Positions 9,001 to 15,536 are shown, counted from the stretch's first letter. The stretch is DNA of 32,000 bases from Terriglobia bacterium (GCA_963732925.1 CAVTBJ010000006.1:170992-202991); one strand, 5' to 3'. The notes: a model not told the origin generated them from the sequence alone. Made by a program: numbers and translations.

Positions 9001-9485
9001 ATCTGGACAGCGCAGGAGATCGTGCAATTTTGAATCCGAAGGGGATCGGGCGGACTGGGACCGCCACCAGCCGCGTCTGCCGGGATGCAGTCACCGGAAT
9101 GACGAGTATCAACAACGCTTGTCCTGACAGCAATACTGTCGGATATCTGGCGAACGACCCCACCGCAAGCTATGTTCAGACGCAATTGGGGTCCCGTAGC
9201 GATATTGGGCGGAACACCGTTTCTTCTGAGCCGCTGAATATATGGAACCTGGCGCTTTTCAGGAACGTGAAGTTTGCTGAAGGAAAATCACTTCAGTTGC
9301 AGGCGGTCTTTTTCGACGCCCTCAACCAGCGTAACTTTGCGCTCGCTCCCGCCAGCATTTTCGCAGTCAACGACAATGCTCTCAGCACTGCATACACGAA
9401 CGTTACCTCTCAGAATTTTCTAAATGCGAAGCAATTTTCCGGCAATGCCCGGGTGATCCAACTAGGGGCACGTGTCTTCTTTTAA
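6060..9485 (+). CDS. TonB-dependent receptor-like outer-membrane protein with N-terminal carboxypeptidase-regulatory-like domain
   Basis: A signal peptide is followed by a CarboxypepD_reg-like beta-sandwich (TLRGTVRDISGAVVPGVPVLVTNEATGRAQSVTTSALGGYEVDDLLVGAYTISA). A plug-like region follows (FAIDGALN...AEFSLATNQFSAEYGGASGGQFNVVTRSGGNKLHGG). A long beta-barrel ends in the aromatic C-terminus RVFF. Confidence 0.85.
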   Translation: MSRSTSSLMKTRISGFDRVRRLLPAVRAGALVALFCSMTANVAVCQRFEGTLRGTVRDISGAVVPGVPVLVTNEATGRAQSVTTSALGGYEVDDLLVGAYTISASAPRFHTYTRQQVQVNAAQVTDVSLVLRPAGPAESITVPAGADVTQKESSQLSYTFSGSLLTDVPTIFSANDFGSVQNLAVYLPHTTSQLGGTSGNGGSIGGLRGRQNMFAIDGALNTDLQSSTSSFETIQDAVAEFSLATNQFSAEYGGASGGQFNVVTRSGGNKLHGGVWWYGSNRHLNAASAQEKQLIAQGVQNEKSRFDYSRPGVRLGGPIVKRRLFFFGAYEHQSTRLQAGVPSILAPTADGLRMLRQISADDAVRGLLQQFPVAPVQESTAAVMAMGNTYSIPIGTAIAVAPNYLEEHSYITNLDFGQGAHQLHFRHLANWIQQPNQGAFPQPVFDSKESVHSQKAVLEHVWSGRQFVQDFRFSFGRLAAASPLEKMAANYPTIFIAELGALIGPAGNLPQERTTNLYEASDSVTYASGRSVWKFGGGYSWTTSHSNFLPNSRGQQAYQTLSRLVNDQVPDVAGATFLGIGSGDFVANTGSYSIFAQNDLKLTPRLTLNLGIRYDLFGLPRDAEENAQNATSDCPSCITPLGIPLVFRKPKNDRNNLAPRLGFAWDPTGTGKWAIRGGGGLAYDVVPYSFYSTSIPPQKRATLTPNSSCAGIFGAPPVWCPAFLAGQPGSGYLAAGGMSTTFVPPSSQAETRGLTAFLMPDNTSPQVYHWSFGVQRELTLNTGLEVTYLGTRGLRLPVQTQLNSISIFERGFPGLPTYFELSDVPRNVSTDAPTRAQAVSLEGPRFAGEGFFSPITAYPAIGASRYQGLSLDLNRRFSGGLIFRFNATFSSAKDDSTNDSFTSSVDPRRAEDPFHLKREWGRSVMDVGRKFALTWVYEIPTPDQPNRFVRSLLKDWEWSGSYLWQGGQPVTILSGVDSNGNLDSAGDRAILNPKGIGRTGTATSRVCRDAVTGMTSINNACPDSNTVGYLANDPTASYVQTQLGSRSDIGRNTVSSEPLNIWNLALFRNVKFAEGKSLQLQAVFFDALNQRNFALAPASIFAVNDNALSTAYTNVTSQNFLNAKQFSGNARVIQLGARVFF

Positions 9486-9546
9486 GAGCTCCGAGTTTTA
9501 AGAGCTACAAGCCAGGCACTTCTACTTGAGCGGGGGTTTACTTCGT

Positions 9547-10086
9547 TCACAACGTAACAAACACCTTGCTGCTGGAGGCAGGGTGCTGGGCAAACCTTAA
9601 TGACACAAAGGAATCGTGCGTCTTCGCATAGCGGTCAAAAACGCTATTGAGAGAAATTTGTGGCGCCGGATAAAACAACTTCACGCGAAGTTTAAGTGCT
9701 GCCAGGATGCAGTTGATTCTCAACGCCAAGGCGGTGTTGGCCAGTTGCTTTCCATAAACAACAACTTTTGGATCGGAACTCCTCGCTGCCATCTCGCCAA
9801 TGGCGATGAGCAGAACTGCGTTGTTCGAGATCCAGCCTAAATACTCCTGGGCCGCATAGACGCGCATCTTCTGCCAGACGCGGAAGTCTTGCGGACTAAC
9901 GTGGCTGCGCAAGTATTCTTCGTCCTGCATGTCGAAAAGGCTGCGAAGTGCGGGCAGGTCTACATGCCTGATCTGCCGCATCAATTGTTCTGGATCGGAA
10001 CGACCGACAGTTCGCCCCCTTACTGCCCACCAGCCGGCAAAAAGGGCGGCAATGGCTACTCCAACCAGGACTAACAAGAGAATCAT
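9547..10086 (-). CDS. Hypothetical membrane-anchored protein (one N-terminal TM helix, helical soluble domain)
   Basis: The N-terminus MILLLVLVGVAIAALFAGWWAV is a TM anchor. The ATG overlaps the stop codon of the upstream 7-TM gene (ATGA at 10083-10086), implying translational coupling. I recognise no family. Confidence 0.6.
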   Translation of the reverse strand: MILLLVLVGVAIAALFAGWWAVRGRTVGRSDPEQLMRQIRHVDLPALRSLFDMQDEEYLRSHVSPQDFRVWQKMRVYAAQEYLGWISNNAVLLIAIGEMAARSSDPKVVVYGKQLANTALALRINCILAALKLRVKLFYPAPQISLNSVFDRYAKTHDSFVSLRFAQHPASSSKVFVTL

Positions 10087-10886
10087 CGGCTGATAATTCC
10101 TCGAACCGATTCGTTCCAGCGCTCCAACTCCTGAATCGGATAATCAATTGCAGAAATTGCATTACGCTCGCGACTGAAGAGATATGCAATCCAAATGAAC
10201 AGCGTGCAGTGATATGCAAGACCGTCCAACACCGGCCACATGGGAGTGACCGTTCCAAGGCGTGCACGGACAGCGATGATTACGAGTTCCACACTGGCAT
10301 GCAGTACAAATCCAAGAGCAATGCCAAAAACATAGTGTTTCCACCGTAATCCGAGAACATTCGAGGCTAGGAACAGGAGCAGCAACAGGCCAGCTCGAAC
10401 GATTGTGCCGGCCTGCTCGATACTGAGGATCCCCACCATCAACCGGCTGGGGTCGGCCGCGGGACTGGAGGCGACGGCAATGGCACCGACAAGGATTAGT
10501 ACGGCGGCCGCCCATCGAAAAAGAATACCTGCTGCCTTACGAATTGCTTCATATTCCGCCAGCGTGTTCTCGTAGAGCTCGTACACCACCGCAATGCTCA
10601 AAGGGATCTCGACAAAATCACTCAGCCAGAAGAGCACGAAATACGTGTAATAAACGGGCCCAGCGCTTGCCTTGAAAGTTACAAAAAGCACAACAGAACG
10701 GCATATCTTAAAAATAATGTAGGAGTAGAAAACCCTCAGCCGCAACGTGGTCCGTTGATGTCGCATGACGAGCGCGAGTGTCAGGTGCAGCAGCGTAGAG
10801 CTGAACCAGAAGCAGTACGTCAATGTCCCAGCAGCGCTCATGGCGGGGGCCGATTGAGCATAACCCGGCTCCCGCTCATGCCGCAA
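10083..10886 (-). CDS. Hypothetical 7-TM integral membrane protein
   Basis: Seven hydrophobic segments are visible by eye (for example TLTYCFWFSSTLLHLTLALVM, VFYSYIIFKICRSVVLFVTF, YYTYFVLFWLSDFVEIPLSIAVVY, ILFRWAAAVLILVGAIAV, GLLLLLFLASNVL, VFGIALGFVLHASVELVIIAV, AYHCTLFIWIAYLF). The start is uncertain: TTG at 10886 or the first ATG at 10841. Confidence 0.65.
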   Translation of the reverse strand: MRHEREPGYAQSAPAMSAAGTLTYCFWFSSTLLHLTLALVMRHQRTTLRLRVFYSYIIFKICRSVVLFVTFKASAGPVYYTYFVLFWLSDFVEIPLSIAVVYELYENTLAEYEAIRKAAGILFRWAAAVLILVGAIAVASSPAADPSRLMVGILSIEQAGTIVRAGLLLLLFLASNVLGLRWKHYVFGIALGFVLHASVELVIIAVRARLGTVTPMWPVLDGLAYHCTLFIWIAYLFSRERNAISAIDYPIQELERWNESVRGIISR

Positions 10887-10927
10887 TTCCGTTTTGGTCC
10901 GCCGTTACAGGCCTGTTTGCCAGATTT

Positions 10928-11107
10928 CTACTTCTTGGTCGAGAAAGGTATCGGATCGCACCACGGGCACTGGGGCGGCGGATCGCAGCAGAAAGAACCC
11001 CTGGTCGGGAACGGTGCGAGCGCTTTGGTCATGACCTTGGGGGTGACTGGCGTAGACATGGCAATTACAAGGGCGGTTGTTCCAAGGGCTCCGAGGATTT
11101 TTTTCAC
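10928..11107 (-). CDS. Small secreted cysteine-rich peptide, 59 aa (absent from the supplied ORF track, whose shortest entries are 60 aa)
   Basis: I translated the minus strand by hand: AAAGGAGAT-CCTGCC-GTG, then VKKILGALGTTALVIAMSTPVTPKVMTKALAPFPTRGSFCCDPPPQCPWCDPIPFSTKK, then TAG. It has a strong SD (GGAG 8 nt before the GTG). The N-terminus is Sec-signal-like (KK, a hydrophobic core, then VIA). Four Cys form a CC-x5-C-x2-C cluster. It lies 41 nt upstream of the 7-TM gene on the same strand. Confidence 0.5.
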   Translation of the reverse strand: MKKILGALGTTALVIAMSTPVTPKVMTKALAPFPTRGSFCCDPPPQCPWCDPIPFSTKK

Positions 11108-11171
11108 GGCAGGATCTCCTTTTGAAATTTGGGCTGCCGTGCTAATCTGCCGGACAGAACGGCTGATCGCT

Positions 11172-11208
11172 GAGATTCGCAGATTCGTTCTGCGTTCGGA
11201 ATTCGGAA
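11172..11208. promoter_or_regulatory. Clustered short direct repeats in the divergent intergenic region (candidate operator)
   Basis: AGATTCG occurs at 11173-11179 and 11181-11187. TTCGGAA occurs twice in tandem at 11195-11201 and 11202-11208. The site lies between the peptide start (11107, minus) and ATG 11214 (plus). Confidence 0.3.
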
Positions 11209-11213
11209 CAGCT

Positions 11214-11582
11214 ATGGTCTTAATGTCGGCAGCAGAGGACTTGGCGGTGCGTACTCTGGCTCGATTTCAGAGTCCCTGGAGCAGGCTGCGCTATCTGGCA
11301 GGCACCCGAACGAGGGAAGGCTATGCCCATTGGGGGCTGGAGCGGGTCCATGGACCTGAAGCTGCCAAAGAAGCGCTACGCGCCGCGCACACCACGGCCT
11401 GGATCGAGACACTGCGAACACCAATTCGAGAATTAGCGGAGGAGGAAAGCAGCCGACCGGAGGAGGATCGCGGTTCCTATTTACCGGAGCAACCGGATGG
11501 TGGATCGGTGCGTCACTTCAATTCAATTGTTTTCGCGATCGAGGCACTCGCTCGAAGCGAATCTCATCGCCAAGTCGCATAG
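11214..11582 (+). CDS. Hypothetical protein, 122 aa (only the C-terminal third of the 275-aa track ORF is taken as real)
   Basis: From ATG 11214 the sequence looks protein-like: MVLMSAAEDLAVRTLARFQSPWSRLRYLAGTRTREGYAHWGLERVHGPEAAKEALRAAHTTAWIETLRTPIRELAEEE. The upstream part of the track ORF is antisense to the 7-TM gene and the peptide gene. The 3' end overlaps the XRE gene convergently by 65 nt. The family is not recognised with certainty. Confidence 0.4.
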   Translation: MVLMSAAEDLAVRTLARFQSPWSRLRYLAGTRTREGYAHWGLERVHGPEAAKEALRAAHTTAWIETLRTPIRELAEEESSRPEEDRGSYLPEQPDGGSVRHFNSIVFAIEALARSESHRQVA

Positions 11583-12312
11583 CAATTCCGACAACCTGGC
11601 CGAGAACTTCAGCTTCCCCTTCCCGCATTATCTTGGGGGACACCGGGGACAGAGGATGCGACTCCAGCACAATCTCATCACCCTTGGCTCTGCACCAGCA
11701 GCAGAGGAAGGCCTCGCGCGTCTCTACGAAATAGATCGGACGAGCATACTCGGAGGGCCACTGCTGATGAACGACCTTGTTTTTCGACTCATCCACCTGG
11801 ATAAACGATCCGGGCAAAAGCAGAGGATACATGGTGAAATCCTCTAACCCTATGTATCCATATGTGTAGTTGCCGTTCACTTGTTCCCGAAGCTGAAGCA
11901 GGGGAACGACTCCCCACTGCTCGATGAAGCGCCCGATGTTGGCCGTTTGGCGAAGGTCGAAAGCCGGATCCATTTTGACGGGAAGGGTAACGGAGCCTTG
12001 GAGGTCGAGGGAACCAATGCGGTGCGTCCGCTCTGACTGGGTCACTTCGAAATCATTCAGCATGTTGTCCAACGGAACGCCGAACCATGAGAGAATTTCG
12101 CGTGGATCGTGCCGGTAAATGACTCCCAGCGAATAGAGACGGTAGAGATTCGGCAATACACCTTTGGTTTCAATGTCCGAAAGCCGGCTCGGGGCAATGC
12201 TGAAGTCAGGATTCTGATACTTCTCCGCAAGCCGATTGCTCGCACTCTCGACGTCTCTGACCGACAATCGCAGAGACTCACGAATTGAGCGCAATTTGCG
12301 TCCAGCATCCAT
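11518..12312 (-). CDS. XRE-family HTH regulator with C-terminal peptidase S24/LexA-CI-like domain
   Basis: The N-terminal HTH_XRE reads GRKLRSIRESLRLSVRDVESASNRLAEKY...SRLSDIE. The C-terminal region resembles the S24 fold: DFTMYPLLLPGSFIQVDE, compared with GDSMxPxxxxGDxxxVD, then IVLESHP and EVLGQVVGIAMRL. I prefer ATG 12312 (GGAG 6 nt upstream) over the TTG at 12324. Confidence 0.8.
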   Translation of the reverse strand: MDAGRKLRSIRESLRLSVRDVESASNRLAEKYQNPDFSIAPSRLSDIETKGVLPNLYRLYSLGVIYRHDPREILSWFGVPLDNMLNDFEVTQSERTHRIGSLDLQGSVTLPVKMDPAFDLRQTANIGRFIEQWGVVPLLQLREQVNGNYTYGYIGLEDFTMYPLLLPGSFIQVDESKNKVVHQQWPSEYARPIYFVETREAFLCCWCRAKGDEIVLESHPLSPVSPKIMREGEAEVLGQVVGIAMRLGDEIRFERVPRSRKQLN

Positions 12313-12340
12313 TTCGTGCTCCAAGAGCGCAGAAAAACTC

Positions 12341-12362
12341 GAGAAATCGCGCGCAACGATTC
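12341..12362. promoter_or_regulatory. Imperfect dyad just upstream of the XRE/S24-like gene (candidate autoregulatory operator)
   Basis: In GAGAAATCGCGCGCAACGATTC, the half-sites GAAATCG and CGATTC are inverted around a CG-rich core. The site lies 29-50 nt upstream of ATG 12312 on the minus strand. Confidence 0.25.
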
Positions 12363-12837
12363 TATCCGGGCAAAGGCCGTCTGCAAAGGGAAGAAGGATT
12401 CAACTCAAAATATACGCCAGTTTTTTGCGGTTTTTTGCCGCCAGGCGCCCTTTTAACACCGATGATCGCCATAATTTTTGGCTAAGGCTTGAAGCTTTTT
12501 CTAGCATTCCTGCACGTTGCAGACCGAATGAAAGCGTCGATCCAGAGGCAACCCACCTGCGCAGGCCCAGGCAATCAAACAGTAGCAGGCCTGTTTCGTT
12601 TTCAGAACAACAGCTGCTTCTTGCCTCTCCCGGTGTTGCAGAATTCGAGTTCCACATTCGGAACGGTTGACGATGAGGAGGTCTTTGCGCGACCCAAATA
12701 TGGTGGACACCGCCTAATGCGGCTCCACTCAAATGGGAGGGCTACGAGACACCTTGGATAGCACAAAAATCACGGCCGCCTGACCTGCGTTCCTAAGAGC
12801 AGGTTGTCAGAAAGGAAGCGCCGCAGGCCAGAGCTCC

Positions 12838-13155
12838 CTGTATATGGTTCTGGGCAAAACACTTCTATCGGAAGCTCGAATTCCTCTCCCTCCGCCAGCT
12901 AGTCTGCAGGTTATTGTTCTACAGAGAGATCTACTAGAAGTTCGCGAATTTTGGGCCGAGATTCGCGGTATTGACACCGGAACCGGACTGCGGAGAGCGG
13001 TATCTCTTGGCAATCTGGCCAGAACAGGGCCGGGGTTCTCCGGCTCCTCAAATCGCAGTCCGGTTTCGCCCTTTGCCACATGCCGAATCCGCGACAAGCA
13101 ACGCGAGTTGCGATCCGGCCCCCCGGTCCATGTGAATCGCTGTCTCCGCATTCCA
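12838..13155 (+). repeat. Noncoding repeat copy C (degenerate tRNA-Ser 3' half plus downstream module), same orientation as copies A and B
   Basis: TATATGGTTCTGGGCAAAACACTTCTATCGGAAGCTCGAATTCCTCTCCCTCCGCCA aligns, with indels, to the tRNA-Ser half at 4568-4620. The shared blocks follow: CCGCCAGCTAGTCTG (12892-12906), GAGATTCGCGG (12958-12968) and AGTCCGGTTTCG (13057-13068). CCGAATCCGCGACAA and GTTGCGATCCGGCC parallel copy B. Confidence 0.7.
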
Positions 13156-13269
13156 ATTGTTCTTGTCGAAGGAAACGCCCGCAAGGCCAATTCCCTCGCA
13201 GTCACCTAAGGACACGTTCGCCAACGTCAAGTTGTTGCTATATGGCAAGAGTTTCTCTAGTCTGCTACG

Positions 13270-14586
13270 GTGAAAATTCATGTGCTGTTTCGGGCGTGCG
13301 TACTTTCGGCGCTGCTTTGCCTCTTAACGCCGTTGATCACAAGATCACTTGCCCAAAACACTATCGCGGTGAGTTCTCCTGAAGTCGATCTGGCCGATTT
13401 TCGTTTAGATCGACTTGAAAAGCAGCTGGGAAGAATCCCTGCGGGGCCTGAACGGGATTACCTTGCGGGCCTGCTGGCAAACCGGCGAGGGCAGGACCAG
13501 CGTTCCATTGAATTGCTCAATCGAGCAGTACGATCATTGCGCACAGCACGAGATGCCCGAGCATCCATTGCCCTCAAGACTCTCGCTGACGACTACACCA
13601 AACTTTTTGATTATCGAGCCGCTTCGAAGGCATACGACGAATTATTTGCTCTTTTTCCCGAGGAGAAAAAGGGGGGCACCCGCGACGATGCCGAAGTGCT
13701 ACACCTTCTGATCGGAGTCAAGCCGATGACCATTAAATGGCACGGTTCCACGCGGCTGAAGACAACATGGAATCCGATCGGTTCAAGAGTCACGGAGCTG
13801 GTGGTGAACGGCGTCAGGGGTCAGTGGCTTCTGGATACCGGTGCGAACTATTCAGGCGTATCCAAGAGCTTCGCCCAGAAGCTCGGTTTGACGATCTTGC
13901 CCGGGGTTGCGGAAACGGGGTCCGGATTGACCGGACTAGAGAACCCGTTGCATGTGGGTGTCCTGCCTTCGATCCGGATTGGTGGGGCCACAATCCACAA
14001 CCTCGCTGTTTTAATTTTCGACGACTCCAATTTGAAGATCGTCATAGGGGATCATTCGTACCAAATAGACGCCGTTCTCGGATATCCCGCTTTTCAGGTG
14101 ATGCGATTGATCACCTTCACTCATGACGGCGAGTTTCAGGCTGGTGAATCGGCTCGCAGGGGAGAACGCGGAATACCAATGTACTTGCGAAGGCTGGTTC
14201 CCGTCGTGAATCCCACAGTCAACGGTGTGGCTATACCGTTCACCCTGGATACGGGCGCGAATCGAACAGATCTTTCAGTACGCTACTTTGAGAGATTCCA
14301 AAAAGCCGACCTCTCGTGGAAACAGGATAAGGACGAGAGTGTAGGTGCGGGCGGCAGTGTCAAACGCGAGGTTTACAGGCAGCCGATAATGCGTCTGCAA
14401 CTCGGAGGCAAGATCGCTGTGCTGAGAGACGTCCCCATAACCCCCGCGAAGACAAACGCAGGGCTCGATGAACTTTACGGAAACATAGGGCAGGACGTCC
14501 TCGATCAGTTTGAGAGTTTCACGCTTGACTTTGCCAACATGACATTTAAGCTCGGTGCGCCGATTTCTCGACACGCACCCGAGTAG
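13270..14586 (+). CDS. Secreted retropepsin-like aspartic protease family protein with two DTG active-site motifs
   Basis: The start is GTG. The signal peptide is MKIHVLFRACVLSALLCLLTPLITRSLAQ, followed by a helical TPR-like N-terminal region. Two clan-AA-style motifs are present: WLLDTGANYSGVS and FTLDTGANRTDLS. Confidence 0.8.
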   Translation: MKIHVLFRACVLSALLCLLTPLITRSLAQNTIAVSSPEVDLADFRLDRLEKQLGRIPAGPERDYLAGLLANRRGQDQRSIELLNRAVRSLRTARDARASIALKTLADDYTKLFDYRAASKAYDELFALFPEEKKGGTRDDAEVLHLLIGVKPMTIKWHGSTRLKTTWNPIGSRVTELVVNGVRGQWLLDTGANYSGVSKSFAQKLGLTILPGVAETGSGLTGLENPLHVGVLPSIRIGGATIHNLAVLIFDDSNLKIVIGDHSYQIDAVLGYPAFQVMRLITFTHDGEFQAGESARRGERGIPMYLRRLVPVVNPTVNGVAIPFTLDTGANRTDLSVRYFERFQKADLSWKQDKDESVGAGGSVKREVYRQPIMRLQLGGKIAVLRDVPITPAKTNAGLDELYGNIGQDVLDQFESFTLDFANMTFKLGAPISRHAPE

Positions 14587-14951
14587 GCTCATGGCCGAGA
14601 GAATCGCGGCTAGCAATGCAAGGGATTGAAAAACTGGCACATCATTTTCGCGACTACCCCATATATCCCTGTATTTTTCCCTGATATGCCGGAGAGAGGT
14701 TCGCTTCTGACTGCCAGCACCGCCAGATTTGCTGCACGTGCTGGAATAGCAATCACTTAGAACCCCTTCACATTACATTTCGTGCCCATCATCAATCTGA
14801 AGGCTCAGGCCACACCCGCAGCAGTTCGAGATTTGAACCCCTCTCTTGAGACAGTTCGTCTTCGGCACATTTCAGCGTTCATCAGGCCGTCTCGCCGATT
14901 TCTTCAGTGGGGATGACGTCTGGAGCAGGGGACCGTCGTTTTTGACACCGC

Positions 14952-15536
14952 TTACGAGGCGGTGACCACCACGGCTGTCGCGGCGTGCGCGGACGCCCGT
15001 CGGTAACCGTGCCTCACGCTGGAATCGAAATAGATCGAATCTCCCGCATCCAGGCGGTATACGTCGGGACCAATGGACAGATCCAACTGGCCGCGGAGCA
15101 CGTAAAGAAACTCGGCGCCGGCGTGTTGATGCAGCTTGACCTTATCGGTTCGTCTCGCCTCGAAAGCGGCCAGAAACGCATTGAATTTTCTCTGGTTGGC
15201 GGGAAAATCGAGGCTCTCGAATTCGTAGGCGACCTCGCCGCCACCCATTTTTTCAGCAAACCGGAGGCGGTCTTTCTTTCGCGCAATTGCAACCACGCGC
15301 CGCTTGTGTTCGTCGGTGAAAAAGTAATCCAGTCCCACGCTGAATACCATCGCGATGCGCAGCAACGTTGGCAACGTGGGAAACAGTTTTCCGCGCTCCA
15401 ACTTTGACAGCATCGCCGCGGACAAGCCGGTATGCTTCCCGAGTTCGACCAGTCCCATGCTCTTCTTCAGCCTGAGCCCGCGTAATTTCTCACCCACGGC
15501 GTAGGGCTTCATACCCTCGAAAATCGTTGTATTCAC
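14952..15536 (-). CDS. XRE-family transcriptional regulator with C-terminal cupin domain
   Basis: The HTH_XRE reads VGEKLRGLRLKKSMGLVELGKHTGLSAAMLSKLERGK. The cupin region reads HQHAGAEFLYVLRGQLDL...GDSIYFDSSVRHGY. I prefer GTG 15536 (GGGAGGA 9 nt upstream). The alternatives are the TTG at 15554 and ATG 15512. Confidence 0.85.
   Translation of the reverse strand: MNTTIFEGMKPYAVGEKLRGLRLKKSMGLVELGKHTGLSAAMLSKLERGKLFPTLPTLLRIAMVFSVGLDYFFTDEHKRRVVAIARKKDRLRFAEKMGGGEVAYEFESLDFPANQRKFNAFLAAFEARRTDKVKLHQHAGAEFLYVLRGQLDLSIGPDVYRLDAGDSIYFDSSVRHGYRRASAHAATAVVVTAS

Noticed and set aside
10755-11213. N-terminal 153 codons of the 275-aa plus-strand ORF
   Set aside because: This part lies antisense to the 7-TM gene start and to the SD-equipped 59-aa peptide ORF. 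Its translation (GGGRLSITRLPLMPQFRFGPP...) looks like a shadow frame. Only the part from ATG 11214 was kept, at low confidence.
14586-14952. tRNA-like strings in the convergent intergenic region (GGAGAGAGGTTCGC on the plus strand; GGGGTTCAAATCTCG on the minus strand)
   Set aside because: Neither string can be extended into a T-arm stem or an acceptor pairing. They are probably chance resemblances.
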